Positions 35,962-47,294 of a DNA stretch of 64,000 nt are shown here, one piece after another (positions within the stretch are counted from its first letter, which is position 1; every line of letters starts with the position of its first letter). The stretch comes from Candidatus Amesbacteria bacterium. Its GTDB lineage: Bacteria; Patescibacteriota; Microgenomatia; CAZETR01; Amesbacteraceae. The stretch spans positions 270,663 to 334,662 of the forward strand of contig CAVTQH010000002.1 in assembly GCA_963736875.1 (NCBI GenBank), in the 5' to 3' direction. Below the pieces are notes generated by a model. It was not told the origin of the DNA. It was given only the letters and a program-made list of their open reading frames with translations, and made no database searches. Made by a program: the position numbers and the translations under genes.

Positions 35962-37647
35962 ATGTCCCTGCCCGACGAACATCTTAAGACTCTGGTACTT
36001 AATGCCAAACTGGTGGACGAAACCAAACTCGCGGAAATCGAACGCTTTGCCGTAAATACCGAACTGACGCTGGACCGGGCACTTATTCAGAAAGGTGTGG
36101 TAACCGAAGAAAAAATGGCTTCGACTGTCGCCGAGTTCTATAAAGTCCCTGCGATTAATTTGACCAAAATGACAATCCCGCCGGAAGTATACAATCTCAT
36201 TCCCGAGCGGTTTGCCAGAAAACATAAAATCATCCCTTTCGAGCGTAACCCCGAAGGTATAAAAGTGGCCATGGCCAGTCCGGACCGCACCGATTTGCTG
36301 ACTTCCGTTGCCAAGAAGACCGGTTCCAAAATCTTTGTTTATTATGCCTCCTCTTCGGATATTACCGGCGCCCTGAGATCCTACGAAAAGGATTTGCAGA
36401 AAACCGTGGAGGATCTTTTAAAGGAAGACATCTGGAGCAAGACCAGCGTCACGGAAGACCCCCCGGTAGCCAAAATTGTCGACCTGTTAATTGATACCGC
36501 GTATCAGGAACGGGCTTCTGATATTCATATTGAGCCTCAGGAAAATTCCACTCTCACCCGTTTTAGAATTGACGGCATGCTGGTTGATGTCATGAGCGCC
36601 CCCAAATATCTGCATGACAGGATTATGACCAGATTAAAAGTTTTATCCAGTTTGCGGACTGACGAACATTTGACTGCCCAGGACGGTAAAATGCGCATGG
36701 ATCTGGAGGAAGAAAATCTGGACATCCGGGTTTCGATAATTCCCGTTGTTCAGGGCGAAAAGGCGGTTTTGAGGCTACTGTCTTCCCGCTCCCGCCAATA
36801 CAATTTTCAAACCCTGGGCATGAATGAGACCGACCTGAAAAAAGTTGAAGCTTCATACAGCAAATCTTTCGGTATGTTGCTGTCCACGGGTCCGACCGGC
36901 AGCGGCAAGACAACTTCCATTTATTCCATTTTGAAAATTCTTAATACCCGGGACAGGAATATCACTACCGTTGAAGATCCGGTGGAATACCGGATCAAAG
37001 GAGCCAATCAGATTCAGGTTAATGTCAAGACCGGTCTGACTTTTGCCAATGGATTACGTTCCATCTTAAGGCAGGATCCCAATATTATTTTCGTCGGGGA
37101 AATCCGTGACAGTGAAACGGCCGGAATTGCGGTAAATGCCGCGTTGACGGGTCATTTGGTTTTGTCCACCCTGCACACCAATGATGCCGCGACTGCCATC
37201 CCCCGGCTGTCGGATATGGGTGTGGAACCTTTTCTGGTTGCTTCCACGGTTAATATTATTATTGCCCAGCGTCTGGTGCGTCAGGTTTGCAGCCAGTGCA
37301 AAGCGGAAACCCAGCTTACTCATGCCGAACTGGCCAAAAATTTCCCTGCCGATATTATCAAAAAAGTTTTCGGCAATTCCAAAGATCCCCAGGTGTCCAC
37401 GGGTCAGGGTTGCCGGATTTGCAGAAATACCGGTTACCTGGGCCGGGTGGGTCTGTTTGAAGTCTTGGAAATCACCCCTGAAATCCGGAGACTGATTATC
37501 GAAAAAAGCGACTCCGATATTATCGCCAAAAAAGCCATGGAAGAGGGCATGACCAGTATGATGGAAGACGGTCTGATCAAGGTCAAAAACGGTACCACCA
37601 CTATCGAGGAAGTCCTGCGTGTTGCCAAATCGGAGTTTATTTCCTGA
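35962..37647 (+). CDS. pilB: type IV pilus assembly ATPase (PilB/GspE)
   Basis: ASDIHIEP, GPTGSGKTT, TVEDPVE, LRQDPN.I.VGEIRD, TGHLVLSTLH, Zn-binding CxxC pairs. Confidence 0.95.
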   Translation: MSLPDEHLKTLVLNAKLVDETKLAEIERFAVNTELTLDRALIQKGVVTEEKMASTVAEFYKVPAINLTKMTIPPEVYNLIPERFARKHKIIPFERNPEGIKVAMASPDRTDLLTSVAKKTGSKIFVYYASSSDITGALRSYEKDLQKTVEDLLKEDIWSKTSVTEDPPVAKIVDLLIDTAYQERASDIHIEPQENSTLTRFRIDGMLVDVMSAPKYLHDRIMTRLKVLSSLRTDEHLTAQDGKMRMDLEEENLDIRVSIIPVVQGEKAVLRLLSSRSRQYNFQTLGMNETDLKKVEASYSKSFGMLLSTGPTGSGKTTSIYSILKILNTRDRNITTVEDPVEYRIKGANQIQVNVKTGLTFANGLRSILRQDPNIIFVGEIRDSETAGIAVNAALTGHLVLSTLHTNDAATAIPRLSDMGVEPFLVASTVNIIIAQRLVRQVCSQCKAETQLTHAELAKNFPADIIKKVFGNSKDPQVSTGQGCRICRNTGYLGRVGLFEVLEITPEIRRLIIEKSDSDIIAKKAMEEGMTSMMEDGLIKVKNGTTTIEEVLRVAKSEFIS

Positions 37648-37658
37648 AATAGATTTTT

Positions 37659-38717
37659 ATGGCCAAGCCCCTCAAAAGCCTTTCTTTAAGCGGCAGCGAA
37701 AAAATAAGTCTTATCACCAATCTCTCTACCATGTTAAGTGCCGGTATTCCGATCGTGGAAGCGGTCAACTCCATGCTTGAGGATACCAAGGGCAGCCAGA
37801 AAATTATTCTGGAAACTTTGCGTACGGATCTGATGCAGGGTAACCGGATTTACTCCTCATTTTCCAAATTCCCGGGTTGTTTTGATGCCGTGACGGTCAG
37901 TCTGATCAAAGCTTCAGAGGAAGCCGGTACTCTGGAAACCACTTTAAAAGACCTGCGGGCTCATATTCAGAAGGAAATGGAATTTATCGACAAAATCAAA
38001 GCCTCACTCATCTACCCCGTGGTAATCATGATAGTTTTTATTGCCATGATGGCTTTGATTTTGATTTTCGTTGTTCCTAAATTGGCCAAAGTATTTAAAA
38101 CTCTGAAAATCTCCCTGCCCCTGCCGACCAGAATTATGATCACCGTTTCGGATATTATGACTCAGAACACTGTCCCTTTTGTTATCGGGCTGATAGCTCT
38201 CATTGGATTTATTATTTATATATTCAAGGCCAAAAAACCGTTTTTAATTAAGGTCTTGACCTCCCTGCCTCTGATTTCACAATTGGCCAAGGAAATTGAT
38301 CTTACGCGTTTTACCCGGAATTTATATCTGCTGCTTTCTGCCGGGCTACCGATTGCCACGGCGCTGGAGTTGTCACAGAACGTGGTTATCCGCGAAAAAA
38401 CCGCCCAGCTTATCAAAACCAGCCGGGAAATGGTGTACGGCGGAAAAAGGTTTTCCGACGGATTGCGCACGGGCAAAGGTTATTTGCCTTCGATTATGAT
38501 CAAGCTGGTGGAAGCCGGGGAAAGAAGCGGTTCTTTGGACAAATCCCTGCAGGATATTTCGGAATTTTTGGATTATCAGGTCAGCAACTCTCTGAGAAAC
38601 CTGACCGCGCTGATGGAACCGGTGATGCTGGTGATGGTCGGGCTCTCCGTCGGGGCCATGATGATGTCAATTATTTCCCCCATCTACGGCCTTATTGGCC
38701 AAATCGGAGGCAGATAA
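37659..38717 (+). CDS. pilC: type IV pilus platform protein (PilC/GspF)
   Basis: LS.ML.AGIP, E..G.L, YP, GE.SG.L, EP motifs. Confidence 0.92.
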   Translation: MAKPLKSLSLSGSEKISLITNLSTMLSAGIPIVEAVNSMLEDTKGSQKIILETLRTDLMQGNRIYSSFSKFPGCFDAVTVSLIKASEEAGTLETTLKDLRAHIQKEMEFIDKIKASLIYPVVIMIVFIAMMALILIFVVPKLAKVFKTLKISLPLPTRIMITVSDIMTQNTVPFVIGLIALIGFIIYIFKAKKPFLIKVLTSLPLISQLAKEIDLTRFTRNLYLLLSAGLPIATALELSQNVVIREKTAQLIKTSREMVYGGKRFSDGLRTGKGYLPSIMIKLVEAGERSGSLDKSLQDISEFLDYQVSNSLRNLTALMEPVMLVMVGLSVGAMMMSIISPIYGLIGQIGGR

Positions 38718-38718
38718 T

Positions 38719-39192
38719 ATGCGCAGGGCTTTCACCCTGATTGAATTGATCGTGGCTATAGGTGTGATCAGTATTTTTCTGCTCACTGTTTTACCGAATA
38801 TGTTGGCTCCGGTCACCCGTTCCTCTTTTGCCGAAAGCCTGGCGCTACTCTCTTCGGATATGCGGACCCAGCAGTTAAAGGCCATGTTGGGATCTGCCGA
38901 AAACTCCGTCGGTCCGACCGTATACGGTATCCACTTAAACGTTGATAATTATGTGATGTTTTCCGGTCCGGGATATCAGGCGGCAAACCCCTTAAACTTT
39001 ACGGTAAATCTGGACCCCGGGCTGATTTTTTCTTTCATTGATTTGCCGGGTGCTGATGCGGTTTTTAGCACCGGCAGCGGTCAGATATTAAATTTCAATG
39101 ATACCCGTACATTCACCCTTTTGGATTCCCGCTCCGGTCAGTCTCTGATTATTTCGGTTAATAAGTTTGGAGTGGTAGATGAAATTCAGTAA
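38719..39192 (+). CDS. type IV minor pilin
   Basis: class III signal RRA/FTLIEL. Confidence 0.85.
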   Translation: MRRAFTLIELIVAIGVISIFLLTVLPNMLAPVTRSSFAESLALLSSDMRTQQLKAMLGSAENSVGPTVYGIHLNVDNYVMFSGPGYQAANPLNFTVNLDPGLIFSFIDLPGADAVFSTGSGQILNFNDTRTFTLLDSRSGQSLIISVNKFGVVDEIQ

Positions 39193-41164
39193 ATCCGGTC
39201 AGTCATTGGTGGAGATTATTATTGCTATGGGTCTGTCCGCTCTTATCCTTCCTACCGTTTATCTGGGCCTGGTTACAGTCAGGGAAAACAAAGCCCAGAC
39301 AGTCCAAAGGGCCGAAGCTGCAGCCCATATACGCGAACTCACGGAAGCAACCAGGCAGGTCCAGATCCGGGAGCATGGCTGGCTGGATTATTTTGCGGTA
39401 GCGGACAGCACGGTTTTTCATCCCGAAATTGACACTGACAATTCCTGGATTTTGGCATCGGGGACCCAGGTTATAAACGGTTATACCCGCTCTGTCACTT
39501 TTTTTAATGTTAATCGGGATTTCACTCTGCCTGACAAGCCGATTGTAGAAACCGGCGGCACTCCGGACCCCTCCACCAAAAGAATAGTCTATCGGGTGGC
39601 CTGGGATACTCCCCTGCCGTCATTTATAACTTCCACCCAGTATCTGACCCGCTATATGGATAATCTTTCCCAGACTTATACTACCTATACCGAGTTTGAT
39701 GCCGGAACCAAAAACGGGATATCTGTAAACCACACTTTACCGCCTGTTGTACCAGATGACGGGGATATTACTCTGGGTGGCGGAGGCAGCGGGGACTGGT
39801 GCCAGCCGGATCTGACCCTGGCCCAGGTTGATCTGCCCAAAAGCGGGGTTGCCAACGCTCTGACGGTCATCCCTGCAGCCGGGGCCTCCCCTGGATACGC
39901 TTTTGCCGGAACAGGCGAAAACGCATCAGGTGTTTCTTTTGCCAAAGTTATCATCACCGATACCGATCCGCCGGTAGCCTCAATTCCCACCCCCGGGACA
40001 TTTAACGGATATAAAACCAACGGTGTTTTCGGTGAAGAAAATTATGCCTATCTGGCCACTGATAACAACTCCAAGGAGATCGTGATTATCGATCTCCAGA
40101 CCGATCCTTATTCCGAAGCCGGCTGGTTTAATGCCCCCGGAAACGGGAATGGTGACGGCATCTGGGTTGAAGGTAATACAGGTTATATGACCAGCGGCGA
40201 CAAGTTTTATACTTTTAATCTGACCGGCAAATCCGGCGACCGGGGTCTGCCTGTTAATAATGACCATATAATTACTATGGCCGGAACCGGCCGCCGTATC
40301 CGGGTTAAGGAAAATACAGCTGACGGGAAAATTTACGCTTATATTGCCGTCGACAGTTCGTCTACTCAAATGGAAATTATTGATGTCACCGATCCTGTAA
40401 TTCCTGTGAGAGTCGGCTGGGCAAACAGTGTCAATAACGAGGGAGCTACGGATATTTTTATCAATGAAACTTCCACCCGGTCATATCTGGTTACCACGGT
40501 CTCCGCCGCCGATCCGGAATTTTTTATCTTTGATGTTTCGGATAAAACCGGTAATCATACATCCATTGCCAGCCAGGATTTGGGCGGAATGAGCCCCAAG
40601 GGAGTGGTTGCGGTCACCAACAATAAAGTTATTACGGTAGGCACGGGAGGCACTGAATACCAGGTATTTAATTATGATGATGCCGTGAGACTAATTTCCT
40701 CCTGCGGCAGTTTAAACATTGACGCCGGGGTCAACGGTATCGACACCGTGATTCAGCCCAGCGGGAATGCTTTTTCCTATATTATTACCGGCGACGCCAG
40801 CACCGAATTCAAGGTTATCCGCGGAGGCCCCAGCGGGGTGATGGGGGAATCCGGCGATTATGAAAGTCCTGTTTATGATATCGGTTCATCCACTGCTTTT
40901 AATCGTCTGTCCTACAACGCTTCAATCGTACCCGGAGTTACCGGCATTTCCTTCCAGTTTTCCGCAGCCGATCCGGTAGGGGATTGTGCAGGCGCAAGCT
41001 TTGTTTACAGGGACATTGATACCACCGGGGTAATTCCCCTGGATGACGATAATGTGGGTTTCGAAAATCCGGCTCAATGCTACCGCTATCGGATTCATTT
41101 ATCCACAATTGACCGTAACCAATCACCGATATTATTTGATGTGACTTTTAATTATTCTCCTTAA
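39179..41164 (+). CDS. large pilin-like adhesin with beta-propeller (LVIVD-like) repeats
   Basis: G/QSLVEI prepilin; YAYLA...IVIIDL, YAYIAV..MEIIDVTDP repeats. Confidence 0.75.
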   Translation: MKFSKSGQSLVEIIIAMGLSALILPTVYLGLVTVRENKAQTVQRAEAAAHIRELTEATRQVQIREHGWLDYFAVADSTVFHPEIDTDNSWILASGTQVINGYTRSVTFFNVNRDFTLPDKPIVETGGTPDPSTKRIVYRVAWDTPLPSFITSTQYLTRYMDNLSQTYTTYTEFDAGTKNGISVNHTLPPVVPDDGDITLGGGGSGDWCQPDLTLAQVDLPKSGVANALTVIPAAGASPGYAFAGTGENASGVSFAKVIITDTDPPVASIPTPGTFNGYKTNGVFGEENYAYLATDNNSKEIVIIDLQTDPYSEAGWFNAPGNGNGDGIWVEGNTGYMTSGDKFYTFNLTGKSGDRGLPVNNDHIITMAGTGRRIRVKENTADGKIYAYIAVDSSSTQMEIIDVTDPVIPVRVGWANSVNNEGATDIFINETSTRSYLVTTVSAADPEFFIFDVSDKTGNHTSIASQDLGGMSPKGVVAVTNNKVITVGTGGTEYQVFNYDDAVRLISSCGSLNIDAGVNGIDTVIQPSGNAFSYIITGDASTEFKVIRGGPSGVMGESGDYESPVYDIGSSTAFNRLSYNASIVPGVTGISFQFSAADPVGDCAGASFVYRDIDTTGVIPLDDDNVGFENPAQCYRYRIHLSTIDRNQSPILFDVTFNYSP

Positions 41165-41167
41165 ATT

Positions 41168-41650
41168 ATGAAAAAAGCTTTCACTTTTATCGAAATTCTC
41201 ATATATATGGGCCTGGTTTCGGTTTTTCTGGTCGTTCTGGTAAACATGTTTATCACTCTTCTGGAAACCCAGCTGGAAACCACCGGCAGTTCCGCGGTCG
41301 ATCAGGACGGCCAGTATATTCTGGCCCGTTTAAATTACGACCTGCACCGGGCCGGAAACATTCTCACTCCGGGGGCGGCGGGTGAAACAACCGATACTTT
41401 GAGTTTGGATATCGGCGGTAATACCTATACTTATTCTGTTTCCGGCCGGAAACTTCAGCTGTCGGTATCCGGGGTCACCTATCTTCTCAATTCCTATGCT
41501 GCCGATACCACCGTTTTCTCCGTCACCCGTCTGGGTTTTGATTCCGGTACTCCCAGTGCCCAAATTTCCCTGTCTTTGGAAAGCGAAGATATTTCCGGTG
41601 CCGGCAATGCCCAAATCCGCAGTTATCAAACCACGGTATCTCTAAGATGA
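41168..41650 (+). CDS. type IV minor pilin (PilW-like)
   Basis: KKA/FTFIEI. Confidence 0.8.
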   Translation: MKKAFTFIEILIYMGLVSVFLVVLVNMFITLLETQLETTGSSAVDQDGQYILARLNYDLHRAGNILTPGAAGETTDTLSLDIGGNTYTYSVSGRKLQLSVSGVTYLLNSYAADTTVFSVTRLGFDSGTPSAQISLSLESEDISGAGNAQIRSYQTTVSLR

Positions 41651-42030
41651 AACGCGGACAGACACTGGTTGTTCTATTAGTATTTATGATGGTGGCAATT
41701 ACTGTGATTACCGTCTCTGTTCTGTTGGCAATTTCCGCCTCCCAGTCCTCCGGACGTGCGGTGTTCACCTGGCAGGCATATGACATTGCCGAAAGCGGAT
41801 TAAATGACGCTTTAATGAATTTACTCAGAAATCCCTACTACACCACTCCGCCCGGGGGCAGCACATTGACAGTAGGGGACGGAATTGCCACAATAATGGT
41901 AACCGGTACGGGGGGAAACAACGTTATCATCTCCTCCGGTCAGGTAGGAAGTTACGTCAGGGTTGTCCGGGCGGATACTTCCTATAACGGAAGTCTGGTT
42001 GTTACATCATGGCGGGAATCATACCCGTAA
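41647..42030 (+). CDS. PilX-like minor pilin
   Basis: KRG/QTLVVLL lacking E5; A...AESG; W.E C-terminus. Confidence 0.75.
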   Translation: MKRGQTLVVLLVFMMVAITVITVSVLLAISASQSSGRAVFTWQAYDIAESGLNDALMNLLRNPYYTTPPGGSTLTVGDGIATIMVTGTGGNNVIISSGQVGSYVRVVRADTSYNGSLVVTSWRESYP

Positions 42031-42034
42031 ATAT

Positions 42035-43081
42035 ATGAAAAAAACTGCCCCTACAGTCGTTAATGTCAACCGCGATCGTTTAAGTCTTTGTAGTTTTACC
42101 CACCTGGCACCGGTGGTTTTTAAATTTACTTCGGCTATGGTTTCGGATTTGGATATTGTCAGTGGTCCGGAATTATCAGCCGGAATAAGAGGTTTTATTG
42201 AAACCAATAAAGTCAGACCCACGCCTCTGGTTCTGATTCTTTCCCAAAATGTCTACTTTGAAAAAAACTATCCCGGATCTAACCCCCCTTCTTCCGAGGA
42301 AATGGATGAGTTTATCAATACGGTACCGTTTTTTACCACCAGCTCCAAGCTTTTCCGGGTTATCAGCGGTTACAAGCAGGTGGTCATCAACCGGGATTTT
42401 TATGAATGTCTTAAAAGTGCTTTTGAGGAATTGGGTTTTCAGGTAATGGCTGTGGTTCCCGGTTTTGCTCTGGGTCAGGGGGCGGCAGCCGAGTTTACCG
42501 CCGAGACCTGCAGGTTAATTTACCGGAAAATGGACCAGATTATTGTCGACAGTTTAATCGGTGCCGGGGAAGAGACATTTCACCGGAAGGAACAGGTTTA
42601 TCTGGAAAAAAATAAAATTTTGATAATTATTGTCTTCTTTCTTCTTCTGGGGGTTTTAGCCGGCACCGCGTATTTAACTCTGAGAAAATTACCGGCACCG
42701 CGCCGTACCGTTCCTTCCCGGGCCGTAGTGGTGCATACCCCGGTTCCGCTTTTACCCACACCTTCCCGATCCGAAAGTGCTACTCCCTCGGCGATTTATC
42801 TCCAGACTTTGACAGTCCAGATTCTCAACGCCTCCGGAGTACCCGGACAGGCCGCGTCAGTTTCCTCACTCCTTAAATCTCTGGGTTTTACCAAAATCGA
42901 GACCGGAAACACTTCCCGAGCGGCAGATAAAACATCAGTAATTATGTCTCCTCAGGCCGCCACTTCCGCCGGCACTTTCGTTACCGATTTTCTCAAAACC
43001 CTGTATCCAGATTTAACATTTGAGCAAAATTCTCAGGCCAAATTTGACCTGACGGTGATTATTTCCGAAACTACCCCTTGA
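42035..43081 (+). CDS. membrane protein with C-terminal LytR_C domain
   Basis: VQILNASGVPGQA....L...GF...TGN ... D.TVII. Confidence 0.75.
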   Translation: MKKTAPTVVNVNRDRLSLCSFTHLAPVVFKFTSAMVSDLDIVSGPELSAGIRGFIETNKVRPTPLVLILSQNVYFEKNYPGSNPPSSEEMDEFINTVPFFTTSSKLFRVISGYKQVVINRDFYECLKSAFEELGFQVMAVVPGFALGQGAAAEFTAETCRLIYRKMDQIIVDSLIGAGEETFHRKEQVYLEKNKILIIIVFFLLLGVLAGTAYLTLRKLPAPRRTVPSRAVVVHTPVPLLPTPSRSESATPSAIYLQTLTVQILNASGVPGQAASVSSLLKSLGFTKIETGNTSRAADKTSVIMSPQAATSAGTFVTDFLKTLYPDLTFEQNSQAKFDLTVIISETTP

Positions 43082-43109
43082 CAAAGTATTTTCCCAAGCC
43101 CTACAGTAT

Positions 43110-43615
43110 ATGTACATGCAAAAGAGACTGCCCCGCAAAGGATTTACCCTGATTGAACTTTTGGTAGTTATCGGAATTCTCGCCATTTTACTGACCATTG
43201 TTTTAATTGCCATTAACCCCGCCCGCCAGTTTGGTCTTAGTCCAACGATACCAAGAGGAGAAGTGAAGTTCTTTCGGTTCTTAATGCCGTTCATCAGTTT
43301 CAGGCCGACCCCGCAAATCGTGGTGTATTACCGACAGCCATTACTGTAGCTAATCTTCCAATCTGCAGAGTTGATCCGCCCGATCCTGCCGTCTGTGCTG
43401 ATTTGTGTGCCGATTTGGTTCCCACTTATATTTCCGCCTTACCGGTAGATCCTGAGACGGTTCCGTCAGATCCGATTACGGATTGTGACCCCATTACTAA
43501 TCCCGCTTATACTACCGGTTACGAAATAGTCCGGGACGCTACAGGCAGAGTCACGGTTACCGCTCCCGCAACCAGTACTTATACCAATCCGGCGCCCATT
43601 ACCATTACCCGTTAA
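43110..43615 (+). CDS. major type IV pilin (apparent frameshift(s))
   Basis: KG/FTLIELLVVIGIL.IL...AINP; downstream frame LVPTYISALP.DP; own promoter and terminator. Confidence 0.8.
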
Positions 43616-43636
43616 AAACAGGTAGACTCGGGATAT

Positions 43637-43659
43637 ACCCCGCAAAGCGGGGTTTTTTT
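43637..43659 (+). terminator. intrinsic terminator after pilin
   Basis: ACCCCGC-AAA-GCGGGGT followed by T run. Confidence 0.8.
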
Positions 43660-43710
43660 ATGGTTTTAGCTCTTGTAAAGAACTTAAATTAGCTTTACAT
43701 TAGTATTTAC

Positions 43711-44376
43711 ATGCCCCGTCTTTACCGCCCACTGATTCTGCTTCTGGGAGTGGGATTGGTTGTCATTGTCGGTTTTCATTTTGGTCTGTCCGCTTTAACC
43801 GATCCCGTTCGTTTTGCCGGATGTTCCTCCCTGTCCGATACCGGTGAAATTGATCCCACTCAAACCGTTGCCATCTGGCAAAACCGCAGTCTCAATGCTC
43901 CGCTGGCATTGGCCGGTTCACTGACTGATAAAGAAAAGCTGGTTTTAGGAGCCGCTTCCGGGGAAAAATGGATAGAAGTGGATCTGGGAAAACAAATGCT
44001 CGTCGCCCATCAGGGCGATACCATTTTTTTGCAAAGCTCCATCTCCAGTGGTCTCTGGAACAAAACCCCGGTGGGGGAATACCGCATCTGGTACAAAATC
44101 CGCGCCACCAAGATGGAGGGCGGAAGCCGTCTGAATAATACTTACTATTATCTGCCCAATGTCCCGTATGCCATGTTTTTTAAGGGCAGCTACGGAATTC
44201 ATGGTACTTACTGGCACAGCAATTTCGGCACCCGTATGAGCCACGGATGTGTCAATACTCCCACCCCGGTTGCGGAAAAATTATTTTACTGGACCGATCC
44301 CCAGCTTCCAGAAGGCAAAGGTATTATCCGGTCCGATGACAGCCATCCCGGAACCATAGTGATTGTTCATGACTGA
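43711..44376 (+). CDS. L,D-transpeptidase (YkuD)
   Basis: IEVDL..Q, TP.G, IHG.YW..NFG..MSHGCVN. Confidence 0.92.
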   Translation: MPRLYRPLILLLGVGLVVIVGFHFGLSALTDPVRFAGCSSLSDTGEIDPTQTVAIWQNRSLNAPLALAGSLTDKEKLVLGAASGEKWIEVDLGKQMLVAHQGDTIFLQSSISSGLWNKTPVGEYRIWYKIRATKMEGGSRLNNTYYYLPNVPYAMFFKGSYGIHGTYWHSNFGTRMSHGCVNTPTPVAEKLFYWTDPQLPEGKGIIRSDDSHPGTIVIVHD

Positions 44377-44803
44377 TTTCGTAATCATTTTCCTGGCTGA
44401 CTGGCTGATATATTTTTTAGCTTTCGGGGTGCTTTTTTACGGCGTGGTTACCCGCAGCAAAATATTACTGAGGCAGTGTCTGACAACCGTATCCGTTACC
44501 TGGTTTATCGGCTGGATCATAAAAAACCTGTTCTATTTTCCCCGCCCCTTTATTCTTACCGGCCAAATTCCGCTGGCAGGTCTCCCTCTCGACGGGACTT
44601 TTCCCAGCAACCACACCGTGATTGCTTTTTCCCTGGCTTTTCCCTTTCTCCTTGCGCGTCACAAGGGGGGATTGGTGATTCTGACAGTGGCTTTTCTGGT
44701 AGCTCTCGGCCGGATTTTGGGTGGTGTCCACACCACAGTTGATATAGCGGCAGGAATTCTAATTTCTGCTTTGATTTCCCGGATAATTCATCGCTGGGGT
44801 TGA
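44369..44803 (+). CDS. PAP2 phosphatase (undecaprenyl-PP phosphatase-like)
   Basis: K......RP, FPSNH, R...GVH...D. Confidence 0.88.
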   Translation: MTDFVIIFLADWLIYFLAFGVLFYGVVTRSKILLRQCLTTVSVTWFIGWIIKNLFYFPRPFILTGQIPLAGLPLDGTFPSNHTVIAFSLAFPFLLARHKGGLVILTVAFLVALGRILGGVHTTVDIAAGILISALISRIIHRWG

Positions 44804-44840
44804 CTCCTGTCACTCACAATGCTAGACTGCTAAAAAGTAT

Positions 44841-47294
44841 ATGGCATTCCCGATTATCAGGTCTTCACCCAAATCTTTACAAGCCGATCAATCAGAAACT
44901 TTACCGGTAGTGGCTTTGCGCGAAGGGGTGGTTTTCCCGCACACCGAAGCTCACTTAACTTTCGGCCGTCCCAAAAGTAATGCCGCCATCGAAGCTGCTT
45001 TAAAAACCGACAAAAGGGTCATTCTGGTAGCCCAAAGGCAGCCTACGGCCAATCCTTCACCGGATGATCTTTATCCCGTCGGCACTCTTTGCAGCATCGA
45101 ACAGGTCGCCCCCTACGGAAACGAGCTTCTGGCTCTTGTCAGAGGGATCGGCCGGGCAAAAATCGACAGATTTGTGTCCACAGACCCTCACTTTATCGCC
45201 GAAGTCCGGGAAATTCCCGACGAGCTTTCCGAAAATGATCAGTTGGTGGCTTTGGGCAGACAACTGGTCGCCGAATTCAAAAATGCGTTCAATTTAGGTA
45301 AATCCGTGGAATTTCCGGTCTTTATGCGCCTGATGGCCGGGGTTTCCGCCCCCGAACTGGCAGACCAGGCTGCCAATTCTTTAGAGGTCAGTACGCCCGT
45401 AAAGCAGGATATTCTGGAAACTTACAATGTCCAGACCAGACTGGAGAAGGTCCTGCAGAATCTGGTTCATGAAATCAAAGTTTTGGAGCTGGAAAAAACC
45501 ATTTCTTCCAAAACTCATGCCAAATTCGAAAGGGGTATGAAGGAGCAGGTCCTCAGAGAGCGGAAAAAAACCATTCAGGAAGAGCTGGAAAAGTTGGGAG
45601 CGGAGGAGGAAGGTGAGGATGATGAAATGTTTCAGCTGAAAAAGTTAATCAAAAAAGCCGGTATGCCGGCGGAAGTTCGCAAAAAAGCCGAAAAGGAATT
45701 ATCCCGCCTGGCCCAGATGAGTATTCACAACCCGGAATCAAGCTATATCCGAAGTTATCTGGACTGGCTGGTGGAAATGCCGTGGGCGGCAACAACCGGC
45801 AGCCACGTATCTTTATCCAAAGCCGCCAAAGTTCTGGATGAGGATCATTACGGTCTGAAAAAAGTTAAGGAAAGGATTCTGGAGCACCTGGCCGTTATGA
45901 AGCTTAAAAATCTTCAGGACGATAAACCGGCCGCCGGTCAACCCACCATTTTATGTTTTGTCGGACCTCCGGGTGTGGGTAAGACTTCGATCGGTAAATC
46001 CATTGCCCGGGCTTTGGGCCGCAAGTTTGTCAGAGTGTCTCTGGGCGGAATCCGGGACGAAGCCGAAATCCGCGGCCACCGCCGGACTTATGTCGGCAGT
46101 CTCCCGGGCAGGATTATCCAGGGGATCAAAAACGCCGGTACCCAAAATCCGGTATTTATGCTGGATGAAATTGATAAACTGGCCAGTGATTACCGCGGAG
46201 ATCCTTCATCGGCTCTGTTGGAAGCTCTGGACCCCGAGCAAAACCGGGAATTTTCCGATCATTATCTGGAAGTTCCCTTTGATCTTTCCCGGGTGATGTT
46301 TATCACTACAGCCAATCTTCTGGATACCATTCCCCCGGCACTTCGGGACCGCCTGGAAATTATTCCCTTTGCCGGTTACACTCTGGAGGAAAAAACCCAT
46401 ATTGCTGAAGATTTTCTCTGGAAAAAACAAATGACCTCCTCCGCGCTGAACCGGACTTTTTCTCTGGAAAAACCGGCTTTAAAGGAAGTTATTCAGCGTT
46501 ATACCCGGGAAGCCGGTGTCCGCGATCTGGAGAGACAGCTGGCCAAAGTTACCCGTAAAATTGCCCGCCTGCTGGCAGACAAAAAGAAAGTCCCCGGCTC
46601 TATTGATAAAAACGACATTCACAAATATCTGGGTCCCCCGCGTTTTCCCGAAACCCTGGCTGAAAAGAAAAACGATATCGGTATGAGTACCGGTCTGGCC
46701 TGGACCGAGGCCGGAGGAGACATTATGTTTATCGAAGTCGCTCTCATGCCGGGTAAGGGTGAACTGCAGCTGACCGGCCAGCTGGGTGATGTGATGAAGG
46801 AATCAGCCAAAGCGGCTTATTCCTACATCAGAAGTCATTGGCAAAAACTGGGGTTAAGACCCGATTTTTACAGAAGAATTGATATTCACATTCACGTTCC
46901 GGAAGGCGCGGTTCCCAAAGACGGTCCTTCAGCCGGCCTGGCCATAGCCACAGCCATTGTTTCGGCTCTTACAAACATTCCCACCCACAAAGACACTGCC
47001 ATGACCGGGGAGATCACTCTGCGGGGACGGGCACTGGAAATCGGCGGGGTCAAAGAAAAAGTGATTGCCGCTCACCGGGCGGGTATCAAACGGATTATTA
47101 TGCCCAAAGACAACAGAAAAGATCTGGAAGACATTCCGGCCAGCGTCAGACGCGACCTCAAATTTCATTTTGTTGCCGATCTGGATGAAGTGCTCAAACT
47201 GGCTCTGACCAAATCCTTTATTCCCAAAAATGCGGCTTCCGCCCGTCCCGCCTCTGCCGGGATCATTCGCCCTCTCGGGGTAATCCGCGCTTAA
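44841..47294 (+). CDS. lon: ATP-dependent Lon protease
   Basis: [23 protein letters not shown] catalytic Ser. Confidence 0.97.
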   Translation: MAFPIIRSSPKSLQADQSETLPVVALREGVVFPHTEAHLTFGRPKSNAAIEAALKTDKRVILVAQRQPTANPSPDDLYPVGTLCSIEQVAPYGNELLALVRGIGRAKIDRFVSTDPHFIAEVREIPDELSENDQLVALGRQLVAEFKNAFNLGKSVEFPVFMRLMAGVSAPELADQAANSLEVSTPVKQDILETYNVQTRLEKVLQNLVHEIKVLELEKTISSKTHAKFERGMKEQVLRERKKTIQEELEKLGAEEEGEDDEMFQLKKLIKKAGMPAEVRKKAEKELSRLAQMSIHNPESSYIRSYLDWLVEMPWAATTGSHVSLSKAAKVLDEDHYGLKKVKERILEHLAVMKLKNLQDDKPAAGQPTILCFVGPPGVGKTSIGKSIARALGRKFVRVSLGGIRDEAEIRGHRRTYVGSLPGRIIQGIKNAGTQNPVFMLDEIDKLASDYRGDPSSALLEALDPEQNREFSDHYLEVPFDLSRVMFITTANLLDTIPPALRDRLEIIPFAGYTLEEKTHIAEDFLWKKQMTSSALNRTFSLEKPALKEVIQRYTREAGVRDLERQLAKVTRKIARLLADKKKVPGSIDKNDIHKYLGPPRFPETLAEKKNDIGMSTGLAWTEAGGDIMFIEVALMPGKGELQLTGQLGDVMKESAKAAYSYIRSHWQKLGLRPDFYRRIDIHIHVPEGAVPKDGPSAGLAIATAIVSALTNIPTHKDTAMTGEITLRGRALEIGGVKEKVIAAHRAGIKRIIMPKDNRKDLEDIPASVRRDLKFHFVADLDEVLKLALTKSFIPKNAASARPASAGIIRPLGVIRA